A DNA stretch of 63,849 bases, counting the filler, from Nanobdellota archaeon (GTDB lineage: Archaea; Nanobdellota; Nanobdellia; Woesearchaeales; CAZZGN01): NCBI GenBank assembly GCA_051819665.1. It is 3 parts of 3 records of this genome, joined end to end, with 100 filler letters (N's around TTAATTAATTAA, not from the genome) between each part and the next. Parts side by side here need not be neighbours in the genome. Positions count along the whole stretch, not along the records: positions 25,582 to 50,590 come from JBNJDG010000012.1; 2 more parts are not named here. One strand, given 5' to 3'. Both the position numbers and the translations under genes were made by a program. This document shows positions 38,564-47,670 of this stretch, piece by piece (position 1 is the first letter of the stretch; each line of letters begins with the position of its first letter). The notes below the pieces were generated by a model. That model was not told where the DNA came from. It did not search any database and was given only the letters and a program-made list of their open reading frames with translations.

Positions 38564-39135
38564 CTGTTTATGACCTCAACTTCCTCCTTAGTAAGATCTA
38601 CCAGTCTTGAAGGCCTGCCATTGATCCTTCCGGCATTAATGACATAATCTATCTGCCTAGCTATATCCTTATTGAGCTCATCAACTGTAGTCACAAAATT
38701 ATCTCCTGTCTTGTTAGCTGAAGTGGTTATGATCGGATTCCCGACAAGCTCGACGAAATCAGCTATCCAATGATCAGGTATCCTCACTCCGAGAGTGTCT
38801 GAATTATTATTTACACTGCCGGCCACACAACTCTTGTTCTTAAGCCTCATTATCAAAGTATAAGGACCAGGGAGTTTCTCAAGCTGTTTCTCTTCTTCCT
38901 CACCTACAACACAGTTCTCCCTTATCCATCTCTTCGAAGGAACTATCACGGATAAAGGACGCTCATACCTCTGTTTTACATCCCTTACTTTCCTGACACA
39001 ATCCTCACTTGTCGCATCACAACCGAGACCATAGATAGTATCAGTCGGATAGACAATCAAAGGACACTTCATCCTGAAGAAACGTGCCTGTCTCTCCATA
39101 TCTCTCCTGAACTGGCTTTCTGTAAACTTTTCCAT
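38560..39135 (-). CDS. tsaC: L-threonylcarbamoyladenylate synthase (single-domain TsaC/YrdC)
   Basis: YPTDTIYGLGCDA, K.R...PL, PGPYT, GVRIP, TTSAN. Confidence 0.92.
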   Translation of the reverse strand: MEKFTESQFRRDMERQARFFRMKCPLIVYPTDTIYGLGCDATSEDCVRKVRDVKQRYERPLSVIVPSKRWIRENCVVGEEEEKQLEKLPGPYTLIMRLKNKSCVAGSVNNNSDTLGVRIPDHWIADFVELVGNPIITTSANKTGDNFVTTVDELNKDIARQIDYVINAGRINGRPSRLVDLTKEEVEVINR

Positions 39136-39196
39136 AACCAAGGGTATAGCTGCCCTTTTTATATATTTTATGTTAAACTATATATATGGTATATGC

Positions 39197-39310
39197 CTAA
39201 GCAATGTTCTTTCTCCTGACAGACTGCCTCCACCAGAATGAATCTAACATTTCTATATGCTTTTTATAATCCTCCCAATCCATGAATTCTCTCTTACTGA
39301 AAATGCCCAT
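39197..39310 (-). CDS. micro-ORF 3 (37 aa, MGIFSKREFMDWEDYKKHIEMLDSFWWRQSVRRKNIA)
   Basis: AAGGAGGTG SD; starts 1 nt after the micro-ORF 2 stop. Confidence 0.6.
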   Translation of the reverse strand: MGIFSKREFMDWEDYKKHIEMLDSFWWRQSVRRKNIA

Positions 39311-39311
39311 C

Positions 39312-39398
39312 TTACAACACCTCCTTAAAGATATTCTGCCTCTCTTCAAGAGAGACAGGGCTTGTACTGTCTATTCCCTCATATAAAGAGACCACCAT
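39312..39398 (-). CDS. micro-ORF 2 (28 aa, MVVSLYEGIDSTSPVSLEERQNIFKEVL)
   Basis: TGATG overlap with micro-ORF 1; AGGTGG SD. Confidence 0.55.
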   Translation of the reverse strand: MVVSLYEGIDSTSPVSLEERQNIFKEVL

Positions 39399-39502
39399 CA
39401 CATCCACCTGTCACTGAACTGGTAATCGAAAGTCTCGTTGCTTTCCATAGTCAAAGCCCTTATCTGTTCATAAAAAAGGTTCTTGATTCTCTTGTTCTCC
39501 AT
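39398..39502 (-). CDS. micro-ORF 1 (34 aa, MENKRIKNLFYEQIRALTMESNETFDYQFSDRWM)
   Basis: GAGGTGA SD; TTTAAA box about 35 nt upstream. Confidence 0.6.
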   Translation of the reverse strand: MENKRIKNLFYEQIRALTMESNETFDYQFSDRWM

Positions 39503-39615
39503 TATTATCACCTCATTCCATTAGAGAAAATGATCCTTTAAATATCTCATCAGAGGATGTCCAGTGTCCAGTGAAACAGAAAGATTTTAATATCAAGACT
39601 CTCAGAACAGTTTAT

Positions 39616-40068
39616 ATGTCATACATATTAACCGTAATCATAGCATACTTGGGCATTCTGGTCGGAGTATTCCTCTCCCATACTTCAAAGGAAGAGAAAG
39701 ACCAGATCAAGAGATGGCTGACTCTCGCGAGGTTCGGCTTACCAGTACTCATAGCTTCGATAACGTTCGTATATTTCACAGTGAACATATGGATTTCGGT
39801 CCTGATGACCTTCTTTGTAGGACTTACGCTCTACCATACTGAAGTACCTTACCAGCTGCTCTACATATTTCTCGGAGGGCTTATATACATAGTCCATCTG
39901 AAGGAGGAGTTGTTTTTCATAGTCTCCTCCCTAATATTCATCCTTGGAATAGTTACAGGGCCTCTTGAAAGTGATCATAAGAACAAGCTGTCGAAAGACA
40001 TAGTGAAAGTGGGACTTAATACTTCACCTTTCCTCCTGCTATCCATTTTACCATTTATTGTCATCTAA
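39616..40068 (+). CDS. hypothetical membrane protein
   Basis: About 5-6 TM segments. Confidence 0.65.
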   Translation: MSYILTVIIAYLGILVGVFLSHTSKEEKDQIKRWLTLARFGLPVLIASITFVYFTVNIWISVLMTFFVGLTLYHTEVPYQLLYIFLGGLIYIVHLKEELFFIVSSLIFILGIVTGPLESDHKNKLSKDIVKVGLNTSPFLLLSILPFIVI

Positions 40069-40539
40069 ACCCAGAAAGTAACCCAGATGCTTGACAAGGA
40101 TATGGAGGAAGAACAACAGGATAAGTGCCGAGACATATATTTCTAAAGGCAACAAGGCATAGAATGAGAAGAGCACTAATGTGCCTATAACCCAGTCAAG
40201 CTGGTCAAGCACGATCATCCTCTCTCCCGGTTTCTTTCCCGCCTGTCTCTTGATGAAACTTGAAGAAAGATCACCCAAGAGGGCACCAAGACCGAGAAGG
40301 ATCGATGTGTAAAGCGGATACTCAAAGAAACCGAGAGTTGATTGCAAATAAGCTATGAGATAAGCGACCAGAATTCCTGCCAGTAGACCTCTATATGTCT
40401 TATTATCACCGAAGATCCTTCTCCCGTTAAACTTCTTTCCCAGATCTACCGGCCAATTCAGAAAAGGGACCTTCCTGAAAAATACAGGAGCCATATTGGC
40501 GAAGGCAGCCGGTATCAGGAAAAGGAGATCCTGAATCAT
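40048..40539 (-). CDS. carS: CDP-archaeol synthase (DUF46)
   Basis: PA.FANMAPV, P.D.G....GRRIFG..KT.RG, GDL.SSFIKR, LDQLD. Confidence 0.9.
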   Translation of the reverse strand: MIQDLLFLIPAAFANMAPVFFRKVPFLNWPVDLGKKFNGRRIFGDNKTYRGLLAGILVAYLIAYLQSTLGFFEYPLYTSILLGLGALLGDLSSSFIKRQAGKKPGERMIVLDQLDWVIGTLVLFSFYALLPLEIYVSALILLFFLHILVKHLGYFLGLDDNKW

Positions 40540-41804
40540 ATCCTCTCCTTTCCTCCCATGTACTTCTGCAATGCCTTAGGCACATCAACACTTCCATCCT
40601 CATTCTGATAATTCTCGAGGATGGCTATCAACGCCCTTGAAGTTGCGATTGCTGTATTGTTCAAAGAATGCGCTAAAGGATTATTCGCCCTGCCCGGCGT
40701 GCCGTGCTTTATATTGAGCCTCCTTGCCTGGTAATCCGTACAGTTGCTGCATGAACATGCTTCCCTGTACTCCTCCTGCCTTGGCATCCATACCTCTAGG
40801 TCATATTTCTTCGATGGTGGGACTCCGAGGTCGCCTGTGCAGACATTCACGACCCTGTAAGGCAGATTAAGTTCCTTGAACATCTCCTCACTGTTCTTTA
40901 TCAATTCCTCGAAATAGTCCCAGCTCTTGTCAGGCTCAGATATTATGAGCTGTTCAACCTTATGGAACTGATGAACCCTGAAGAGACCTTTCTCATCTAC
41001 ACCATGACTGCCTATCTCTTTCCTGAAACACTGGCTGTAACCAACGTATTTTTTTGGAAGCTCTTCTATATCCTCATCCTTGTACATTCCCATCAAAGGA
41101 TGCTCGCTTGTAGCTATCAGATGAAGGTCTTCCTCCTCAACATTATATACCATCTCCTTGAAAGTCTCGTAATCGATGACGCCGTCTATGATGTCCCTCT
41201 TTATCATAAGAGGAGGTTCTATGAACTCATAACCCCTCTTGGTCAGGAAATCTACGGCGAAGTTTATCAATGCCCTGTTCAACAAAGCAAGATCCCCTTT
41301 TAGATAATAGAATCCCTTGCCTGCTACCTTTGTGGCTCTCCTGAAATCACCTATACCTTTCTCCTCGATGAGCTCACCATGATTCTTCAGCTCGAAATCA
41401 AAGTCTTTAGGCTTTCCCCATCTCCTCACTTCCTGATTATCATTATCATCTTCACCATAAGGGACAGATTCATGTGTCAGATTAGGTATCCTGTAAAGAT
41501 AATATGTTATCTTCTTGTCAATCTCTGAGAATTCTTCCTCGAGTTCCTTTATCTTCTGTGGAAGTTCTTTGGCTTTCTTTATCTCCTCGGAAGCATCACT
41601 GCCCTCCTTCTTCAGCCTGCTGATGCTCTTCGTCACTTCATTCCTCTTGTGCCTGAGGTCATCTATCTTCTGTTGCAGTTCTCTCTTCCTCTTGTCCTTC
41701 TCCAGCAGATCATCCACCCAGGCCAGTTTCTCGTTGTCTTTCCTCTTCCTGAGGTCTTTCCTGACAGTTTCCGGATTTTCCCTTATGAGATTGATGTCTA
41801 ACAT
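40536..41804 (-). CDS. serS: serine--tRNA ligase
   Basis: MLDI..IR, ATSEHP, FRKE.G.HG...GLFRVHQF.KVE, SNCTDYQARRL. Confidence 0.97.
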   Translation of the reverse strand: MLDINLIRENPETVRKDLRKRKDNEKLAWVDDLLEKDKRKRELQQKIDDLRHKRNEVTKSISRLKKEGSDASEEIKKAKELPQKIKELEEEFSEIDKKITYYLYRIPNLTHESVPYGEDDNDNQEVRRWGKPKDFDFELKNHGELIEEKGIGDFRRATKVAGKGFYYLKGDLALLNRALINFAVDFLTKRGYEFIEPPLMIKRDIIDGVIDYETFKEMVYNVEEEDLHLIATSEHPLMGMYKDEDIEELPKKYVGYSQCFRKEIGSHGVDEKGLFRVHQFHKVEQLIISEPDKSWDYFEELIKNSEEMFKELNLPYRVVNVCTGDLGVPPSKKYDLEVWMPRQEEYREACSCSNCTDYQARRLNIKHGTPGRANNPLAHSLNNTAIATSRALIAILENYQNEDGSVDVPKALQKYMGGKERI

Positions 41805-41878
41805 TTTAGGCTAAAGTAGAATTTCTTCTTTTATATAGGTTTTCGTTTTCAGGAGAATATAATGAAAAGCATACTCCT

Positions 41879-43396
41879 TCACATCTGAGGCGGAGCAGTT
41901 GTGAATACCCATTTACTTGAATTGACCGTATCCTGGCCATCAGTTACCTCTACAAACCAGTTAACCTCGTTTTCTGTCCCCAAACCATCCACTTCAATCG
42001 TAGCATCAGAACCATCCTGTACCGAGCTCTGGCTGCCAAAAAACTTATGCAAACTTAACCAGCCAATGTGGTCTGAAAGAATCTCATATAACATGCTCCC
42101 ATCGGGCCGGAAATAAATTCCAACAGCTGGAGTATTCCTACTTACACCTGTATAATTAGCACTGCTCAGGGCCCATGGAGAGGACAGATTATACTCATAT
42201 ATCACATCGGCATCAGTACCCAGCTCATACATCTTCGTACCATCTCCCTTGAAGAACAGGCTCGAGGGTGAAGCATCCTCTGTTGTGATATTCGAGTTAT
42301 AGGAAGCAGTGCTCAGATTCCAGGGATCAGAGAGGTCATATTCATAAATCCTGGCGGAAGATAAACCCACCTCATACATCTTGTCCCCATTATCATTGAT
42401 GAAGACATCAGCAGGATCATCATCCCTGGCAGTGATATTCATCTCATAAGATGCATTCGTGATGTTCCACGGATCCTCAAGAGTGTACGCATAAATCTCG
42501 GCTGAATCATAATCGGTCTCAAACATCATCGTTCCATCGGACTTAAAGAATATGCCTGAAGCATTACCTTTGTGTGTGCTGATATTCTTCCCGGCATAAT
42601 TAGCGGTCGATATATTCCATGGCTCTGCCAGATCAGATTCATAGATCATATCATTTTCTACACCTATCTCAAACATCTTGGTACCATCAGATTTGAAGAA
42701 GATTCCCCGCGAAGAACCATCCTGAGCAGGAATATCATTTTCCATCTCTCCAAGAAATAAACTCCATTTCTCTCCTCCATAGAAATCAACATCCATCTCA
42801 TCTCCATCGCCATCATTCACTGTGACATTTAAAGTAGCTGGCTGATACACATATGTTTCACCATCTGAAGGATTGTTCAATGTTATCGGTCCGGGAGCAG
42901 TATTCGAACTTCCAGATACACTTTCAGGCGTTTCAATGCTCTCTGCACATTCTCCCGATACCTCTGCTTCGAAGGAATACTCAGCACCCACCTTGGAATA
43001 CCAAACGATTATCTTAGTATCAAATCTCTCTCCTGATTCAGAGCATAAATCTACAGAGGAAGTGTTCACTAATGTTTTCTTTTTCCCTGAGAGCAAAAGC
43101 TTATCATCATCAGAAAACAAAGTATATTCTCCTGAAGAATTCTTTATAGAGATATTAAGGATATTTATATCTTCAGCCTGGTTATTACGAATGATAATCT
43201 TCTGGCTTCCTGTTGAACCTAGGGCACTGTCCATGATGCCTACTTCTCCAGTCTGTAAACCTGCATCTTCTGCCTTATCTTCGCTTCCTCCGCCGATAAG
43301 AGTCACCGAGCTCATCGTATTCACAGTAATAAGACCTACAATGACAACTACTGAAAGGATTACCATGTACTCAGTAGAAGTCTGTGTCCTTTTCAT
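41879..43396 (-). CDS. class III signal-peptide (pilin-like) protein with beta-propeller repeats
   Basis: MKRTQ-TSTEYMVILSVVVIV pilin N-terminus; about 5 repeats of GIFF..DG.KM.E.....IYEY.L..PW.LS.A.Y. Confidence 0.8.
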   Translation of the reverse strand: MKRTQTSTEYMVILSVVVIVGLITVNTMSSVTLIGGGSEDKAEDAGLQTGEVGIMDSALGSTGSQKIIIRNNQAEDINILNISIKNSSGEYTLFSDDDKLLLSGKKKTLVNTSSVDLCSESGERFDTKIIVWYSKVGAEYSFEAEVSGECAESIETPESVSGSSNTAPGPITLNNPSDGETYVYQPATLNVTVNDGDGDEMDVDFYGGEKWSLFLGEMENDIPAQDGSSRGIFFKSDGTKMFEIGVENDMIYESDLAEPWNISTANYAGKNISTHKGNASGIFFKSDGTMMFETDYDSAEIYAYTLEDPWNITNASYEMNITARDDDPADVFINDNGDKMYEVGLSSARIYEYDLSDPWNLSTASYNSNITTEDASPSSLFFKGDGTKMYELGTDADVIYEYNLSSPWALSSANYTGVSRNTPAVGIYFRPDGSMLYEILSDHIGWLSLHKFFGSQSSVQDGSDATIEVDGLGTENEVNWFVEVTDGQDTVNSSKWVFTTAPPQM

Positions 43397-43434
43397 GAGC
43401 AGAACATTAACAGAGTTTATATTTAAAGCTTTCC

Positions 43435-44175
43435 CTAAAACAACCGCTGATAGTTCATGAAGATATTATTGATGACCTCAGCCTCCTCCATACCCTTAAT
43501 CTGAGCTACCTTACGGTAAGAATAGACGACATTAGCAGGCTCATTATAGTCCTTCTTCTCCGGATGAAGGTATGGGCTGTCCGTCTCACACAAAAGTTTC
43601 GAGATAGAGACCTGCCTTATCATATTCTGGAACTGCTCCGCATACTCCACCAAAGTCGGAACAGTGAAGAACCAGCCCTTATCCTCGATGACCTTGTAAT
43701 ACTTCTTCTTTCCTGTGAAACAATGCATTATGACCTTCTCAGCTCCCTCTTCCTCAAGTATCTCTATGCATCTCCCCTCTGCTTTCCTGGAATGTACGAT
43801 CACAGGAACAGAGAGCTCTTTAGCCAGTCTTACGAATTTCCTGAAAACCTTCTCCTGCTTATCCTTCTCTTCAAGTATCTTAAGATCCATCCCGACTTCG
43901 CCAATCGCGATTATCTTATCCTTGTTCTCCCTTATGAAATCTATCTCAGAATCTATCTCAGACTCAGCCATCTCCACGGCATCGAAAGGAGAAAGTCCGA
44001 GGGCTGCTTTCACCTGAGGATATTGTTCTGCCAACTCCAGGGTCTGCCTGTTCTTCTCAGGATTGATGCCGTTGTTGATCATTATCTTCACACCTTTCTC
44101 TACGGCCCTGTCTACCCTACTCTTAACATCCTCATACGAATCAATGTGACAATGCGCGTCTATATACGGTACCAT
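43435..44175 (-). CDS. tatD: TatD family nuclease
   Basis: DAHCH, IGEVGMD, VHSRKAE, MHCF, ETDSPYL. Confidence 0.93.
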   Translation of the reverse strand: MVPYIDAHCHIDSYEDVKSRVDRAVEKGVKIMINNGINPEKNRQTLELAEQYPQVKAALGLSPFDAVEMAESEIDSEIDFIRENKDKIIAIGEVGMDLKILEEKDKQEKVFRKFVRLAKELSVPVIVHSRKAEGRCIEILEEEGAEKVIMHCFTGKKKYYKVIEDKGWFFTVPTLVEYAEQFQNMIRQVSISKLLCETDSPYLHPEKKDYNEPANVVYSYRKVAQIKGMEEAEVINNIFMNYQRLF

Positions 44176-44250
44176 GATGGAGACGGGAAGATTCCTCATT
44201 TAAATAATTAACAGAAACATTTAATAATCAGCCAAAGGAATATTATCTGT

Positions 44251-44475
44251 ATGGAAGACGATAACGGAAGGATGGACAAGGAGGTCATCTCCACCATAAA
44301 CGATGTCAAGAAAAGGCTCGAGAACAAGAAGAAGGAGCTTTCCGAATGGGAGGAGAAACTTAGGGAAAGAGAGAAGGCTGTTGAGGAGAAAGAGAACCAA
44401 CTGAATAATGAGATGAAAGAGTTCAACTCAGAACTTTCCGGACTTATGGAAGAAGGGAAGAAGATCGTTCAGTAA
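44251..44475 (+). CDS. small coiled-coil protein
   Basis: 74-aa E/K-rich ORF with upstream TATA-like box. Confidence 0.55.
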   Translation: MEDDNGRMDKEVISTINDVKKRLENKKKELSEWEEKLREREKAVEEKENQLNNEMKEFNSELSGLMEEGKKIVQ

Positions 44476-44508
44476 AAATTTTAAACCCTTATTCTATACC
44501 ACTCATCG

Positions 44509-45162
44509 ATGGACAATAAAAGAAAGGATGATAAATGGGCAAAGATCGAAGAAAAGATGCCCGAATCAGGCTTCCTTAATAAAGGAGTGATCTACCTCAC
44601 CTATTTTCCGGAAGCTGAGAATTCTGAAAATCCAGGGAGAAGGTTCGCTGCAAAACATGCTACAAGACCTCTCAGGGATTATTTCGCCGGCAACATGACC
44701 ACGAAAGAACAGGAAGAATACTCTGAGATGACAGGAACAAAGCCTCTCTGGACAACCCTCTACAATTTCTCTGTACATACCGCTTTCTTTTTCGGCACAG
44801 CTGCTCTCAGCGAGAACGAAGCTTTAGACATAACAGCGATAAGCTACTGGGGAATAGCTAACCTGCATAAGCTCAGGACCCTGAAGACAAAGAAAGGATA
44901 TCCTACCTTAGGCATTGAATCCATAGCCCAGAACTCTACTACATATATAAAGAAAGCAGGCAGATGGATGTACAATAAATCAGAAGAACATATGGAAAAG
45001 ATCAATGAGGCCAAGATAAAAGGCATAACCTATCTTGCAGAGTCTGCAAAGACCCAGGGCATAGAGGCTTACACAGGTAAAGACTCTTTTGACAAAACTT
45101 TTATAGGAGATGGTTCGACTACCTCCCATGGCCATAAGAACGCAGAGCCCAAGCTCTATTAA
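44509..45162 (+). CDS. hypothetical protein
   Basis: 217-aa ORF with a hydrophobic central segment. Confidence 0.5.
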   Translation: MDNKRKDDKWAKIEEKMPESGFLNKGVIYLTYFPEAENSENPGRRFAAKHATRPLRDYFAGNMTTKEQEEYSEMTGTKPLWTTLYNFSVHTAFFFGTAALSENEALDITAISYWGIANLHKLRTLKTKKGYPTLGIESIAQNSTTYIKKAGRWMYNKSEEHMEKINEAKIKGITYLAESAKTQGIEAYTGKDSFDKTFIGDGSTTSHGHKNAEPKLY

Positions 45163-45940
45163 CATGTATAAACAGTGTCCGAGGAAATATTATTACAGAT
45201 ATATTGAGAAAAGACCCACAAAGCCCTCTATTCATCTCGTGAGGGGTAATGTGGCCCATTCTGTCCTCGAGGAATTCTTCGATAAGGACCTAAAAGGCAT
45301 AAACGAGCTTAATTATGATCTCATGCTGAAGCAGCACGCCCAGAAATCGCTTGCAGAGGTATGGAAAAGGTACAAGGAGAAATTCGACGAGCTCGACATG
45401 ACCAACCAGCAGCTGTCCTACTATTTCGATGAGACCATGATGATGGTCCTCAATTTCGTGGATCATATAGTGGAAAGGATAAAGCCAAAGATAGAGAACG
45501 GCATGAATTTCAGGGATGCTTTCAAAGCGATAATCCCCTCTGCGGAAGAGAAATTCGTATCAAAAGAACATAAGGTAATGGGCTTCATCGATGCTATAGA
45601 GAACAGGAATGGCAAGATCTGTATAATGGACTACAAGACCTCGAAGAGGGATAAGATAAACGAGGCATACAAGCTCCAGCTGTCCATCTATACTCTCCTC
45701 TACCATGAAAAGTACGGAAATCTCCCCGATAAGGTAGGTATCTTCTTCCTGAAGCATTCCGAGAGATTCCTCGATGCAACAGAGGATCTCCTGAAGGATG
45801 CGAAGTTCGAGATAGAGCAGATCCACATGGGAACAGAGTCTGATAACAAGGCGGATTATCCGATGAAACCGGGACCTTTATGCAAATGGTCTACCGGCGA
45901 ATGCGATTACTACGAGCTCTGTTTCCCGAACGGGAGGTAA
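45128..45940 (+). CDS. PD-(D/E)xK nuclease, RecB/AddB/Cas4-like with Fe-S staple
   Basis: SPSSI..Y.QCPR.YYY, G...H, GFIDAI...IMDYKT, QL..Y, C-terminal C.....CD...LC. Confidence 0.85.
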   Translation: MAIRTQSPSSINMYKQCPRKYYYRYIEKRPTKPSIHLVRGNVAHSVLEEFFDKDLKGINELNYDLMLKQHAQKSLAEVWKRYKEKFDELDMTNQQLSYYFDETMMMVLNFVDHIVERIKPKIENGMNFRDAFKAIIPSAEEKFVSKEHKVMGFIDAIENRNGKICIMDYKTSKRDKINEAYKLQLSIYTLLYHEKYGNLPDKVGIFFLKHSERFLDATEDLLKDAKFEIEQIHMGTESDNKADYPMKPGPLCKWSTGECDYYELCFPNGR

Positions 45941-45944
45941 ACAG

Positions 45945-46778
45945 ATGCTTTCAGGGTTCTTCTTCGGCCTGCTTTCTATGCTCGGTTTCGGTATAAGCGA
46001 CGCCATAGTCAGGGTACCTTCAAACAGCATTGGCACAAGGAAAACCATCTATTTCAGGAACCTGATGGTAAGCCTTTTCCTGCTCATTGCCCTTTTTTTC
46101 ATGGAGAGCAGCTTCTCATGGGGATATGTTCTCTTCACCCTTAGCATATCTCTCCTCGGTTATATTGCCCTCGCAAGTTTCTATAGAGGGATGAAGACAG
46201 GAAAGGTAGGAGTTGTATCACCCATCGCGAATTCTTCATTCGTATTCACAGTCCTTTTCTCGGTGATATTTTTCAAGGAGAATCTTGGAATTAATCAGGT
46301 CATCTCCATAATCGGGATAGTCATAGGCGTAATCCTTCTGTCAGTGAATTTCAGAGAACTGAAGGAATCCGATTTCCTGAAGACATCATCAGGAGTACCT
46401 TTCGCTCTCTTAACATGCTTCCTCTGGGGCCTTTTATTCTTCCTTTTCAAGATACCAGTCAATGTTATAGGTCCTGCTCTCACTGCCTTCGTCTTAGAGT
46501 TCGGCGTAATGGTATTCTCAGGTCTCCATTCAGGTTTCTCTGTAAAGGTGGACAGGAAGAATTTCAAATATCTTATGATAATGGCATTACTTGGAACTGT
46601 TGCAATTCTCAGTTTCAACATAGGCATAACTATGGAAGATGTGAGTATTGTCGCTGCAGTCACATCATCAAGTCCCCTGGTGACTGCCATCTACGGAAAC
46701 CTTGTCTACAAGGAGAAGATGACAGGAAAGGAGATCATAGCTGTTCTGCTAATAATCACAGGACTTGTTATCATTTAG
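45945..46778 (+). CDS. EamA/DMT family transporter
   Basis: 10 TMs in two repeats; VVSPI and F.KE motifs. Confidence 0.88.
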   Translation: MLSGFFFGLLSMLGFGISDAIVRVPSNSIGTRKTIYFRNLMVSLFLLIALFFMESSFSWGYVLFTLSISLLGYIALASFYRGMKTGKVGVVSPIANSSFVFTVLFSVIFFKENLGINQVISIIGIVIGVILLSVNFRELKESDFLKTSSGVPFALLTCFLWGLLFFLFKIPVNVIGPALTAFVLEFGVMVFSGLHSGFSVKVDRKNFKYLMIMALLGTVAILSFNIGITMEDVSIVAAVTSSSPLVTAIYGNLVYKEKMTGKEIIAVLLIITGLVII

Positions 46779-47589
46779 GGTCAATATGCACAAAAGCACG
46801 ATCTATACCTTCCCGGGTTTCCATAGCCTCCTGGACTTTCTTGCCTATATCATGCGACTTTTTAGTAAGGATATCCTTGTCAACCTCTATATGAACCTCT
46901 GCATGATAAACAGTACCAACATAATGTATCCTCAGGTCATGAACTCCTCTGACACCTTCAACGCGTTTTATGTCCTTCTCTACCTGATTATAGAAATCCG
47001 CTGAAGGCGAAGCCCCCATCAGGTAGCCGATGTTCTCCCTGCCTAACATATACCCTGACCTTATTATGAAGAAACCTATGCCTAATCCGGTTATGACATC
47101 AACAAAAGTATAACCCAACGTGCTCATTATAAGGGCAATAAGTGCTAAAGAAGAAGCCAGGACATCATTCCTCGCATCTACAGATGCCGCACTGAGAGCT
47201 GTGCTCCTGCTCTTCATGAAGAAATAAAGGAACAGTTTGATTGCTATCGCTATGACCATCACAATGACAGCAAGAAAGGAATACTCTACAGAACTGCCGC
47301 TGAAGAACCTCATCACAGAGGACCTCATGACCTCAAAACCCAGCATGGCTGTGAAAATTGCGACCATCAAAGCGGCAATGGGCTCTGCACGGTGATGGCC
47401 GAAGGGATGATCACTGTCCGCTTCCTTCTTAGACATGCTTACCGAGAATTTTATCGCGAATGAAGAGATGATATCCGAGAAAGAATTAAGCGCATCGGAG
47501 ATAATGGCTATACTGTTCGTGATAACCCCAGCAAAGAGCTTTATGATGAACAGGAATATATTAGCGATGAAATTGACCTTTGCCTTCAT
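46771..47589 (-). CDS. cation diffusion facilitator (FieF-like)
   Basis: SDALNSFSD, HPFGH.RAE, DARND, HDLR, HIEV, VHIDP. Confidence 0.92.
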   Translation of the reverse strand: MKAKVNFIANIFLFIIKLFAGVITNSIAIISDALNSFSDIISSFAIKFSVSMSKKEADSDHPFGHHRAEPIAALMVAIFTAMLGFEVMRSSVMRFFSGSSVEYSFLAVIVMVIAIAIKLFLYFFMKSRSTALSAASVDARNDVLASSLALIALIMSTLGYTFVDVITGLGIGFFIIRSGYMLGRENIGYLMGASPSADFYNQVEKDIKRVEGVRGVHDLRIHYVGTVYHAEVHIEVDKDILTKKSHDIGKKVQEAMETREGIDRAFVHIDPK

Positions 47590-47670
47590 ATTGTAAATTT
47601 AAAAAAGCTTATATTTATGTTCTTGGGTTGAATAGGCAGATTTATAAAAAACCTGCTTATCTTGATATTT

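Noticed and set aside
45128..45940. Cas4 as part of a CRISPR-Cas system
   Set aside because: Solo PD-(D/E)xK nuclease with no cas1/cas2 or array nearby
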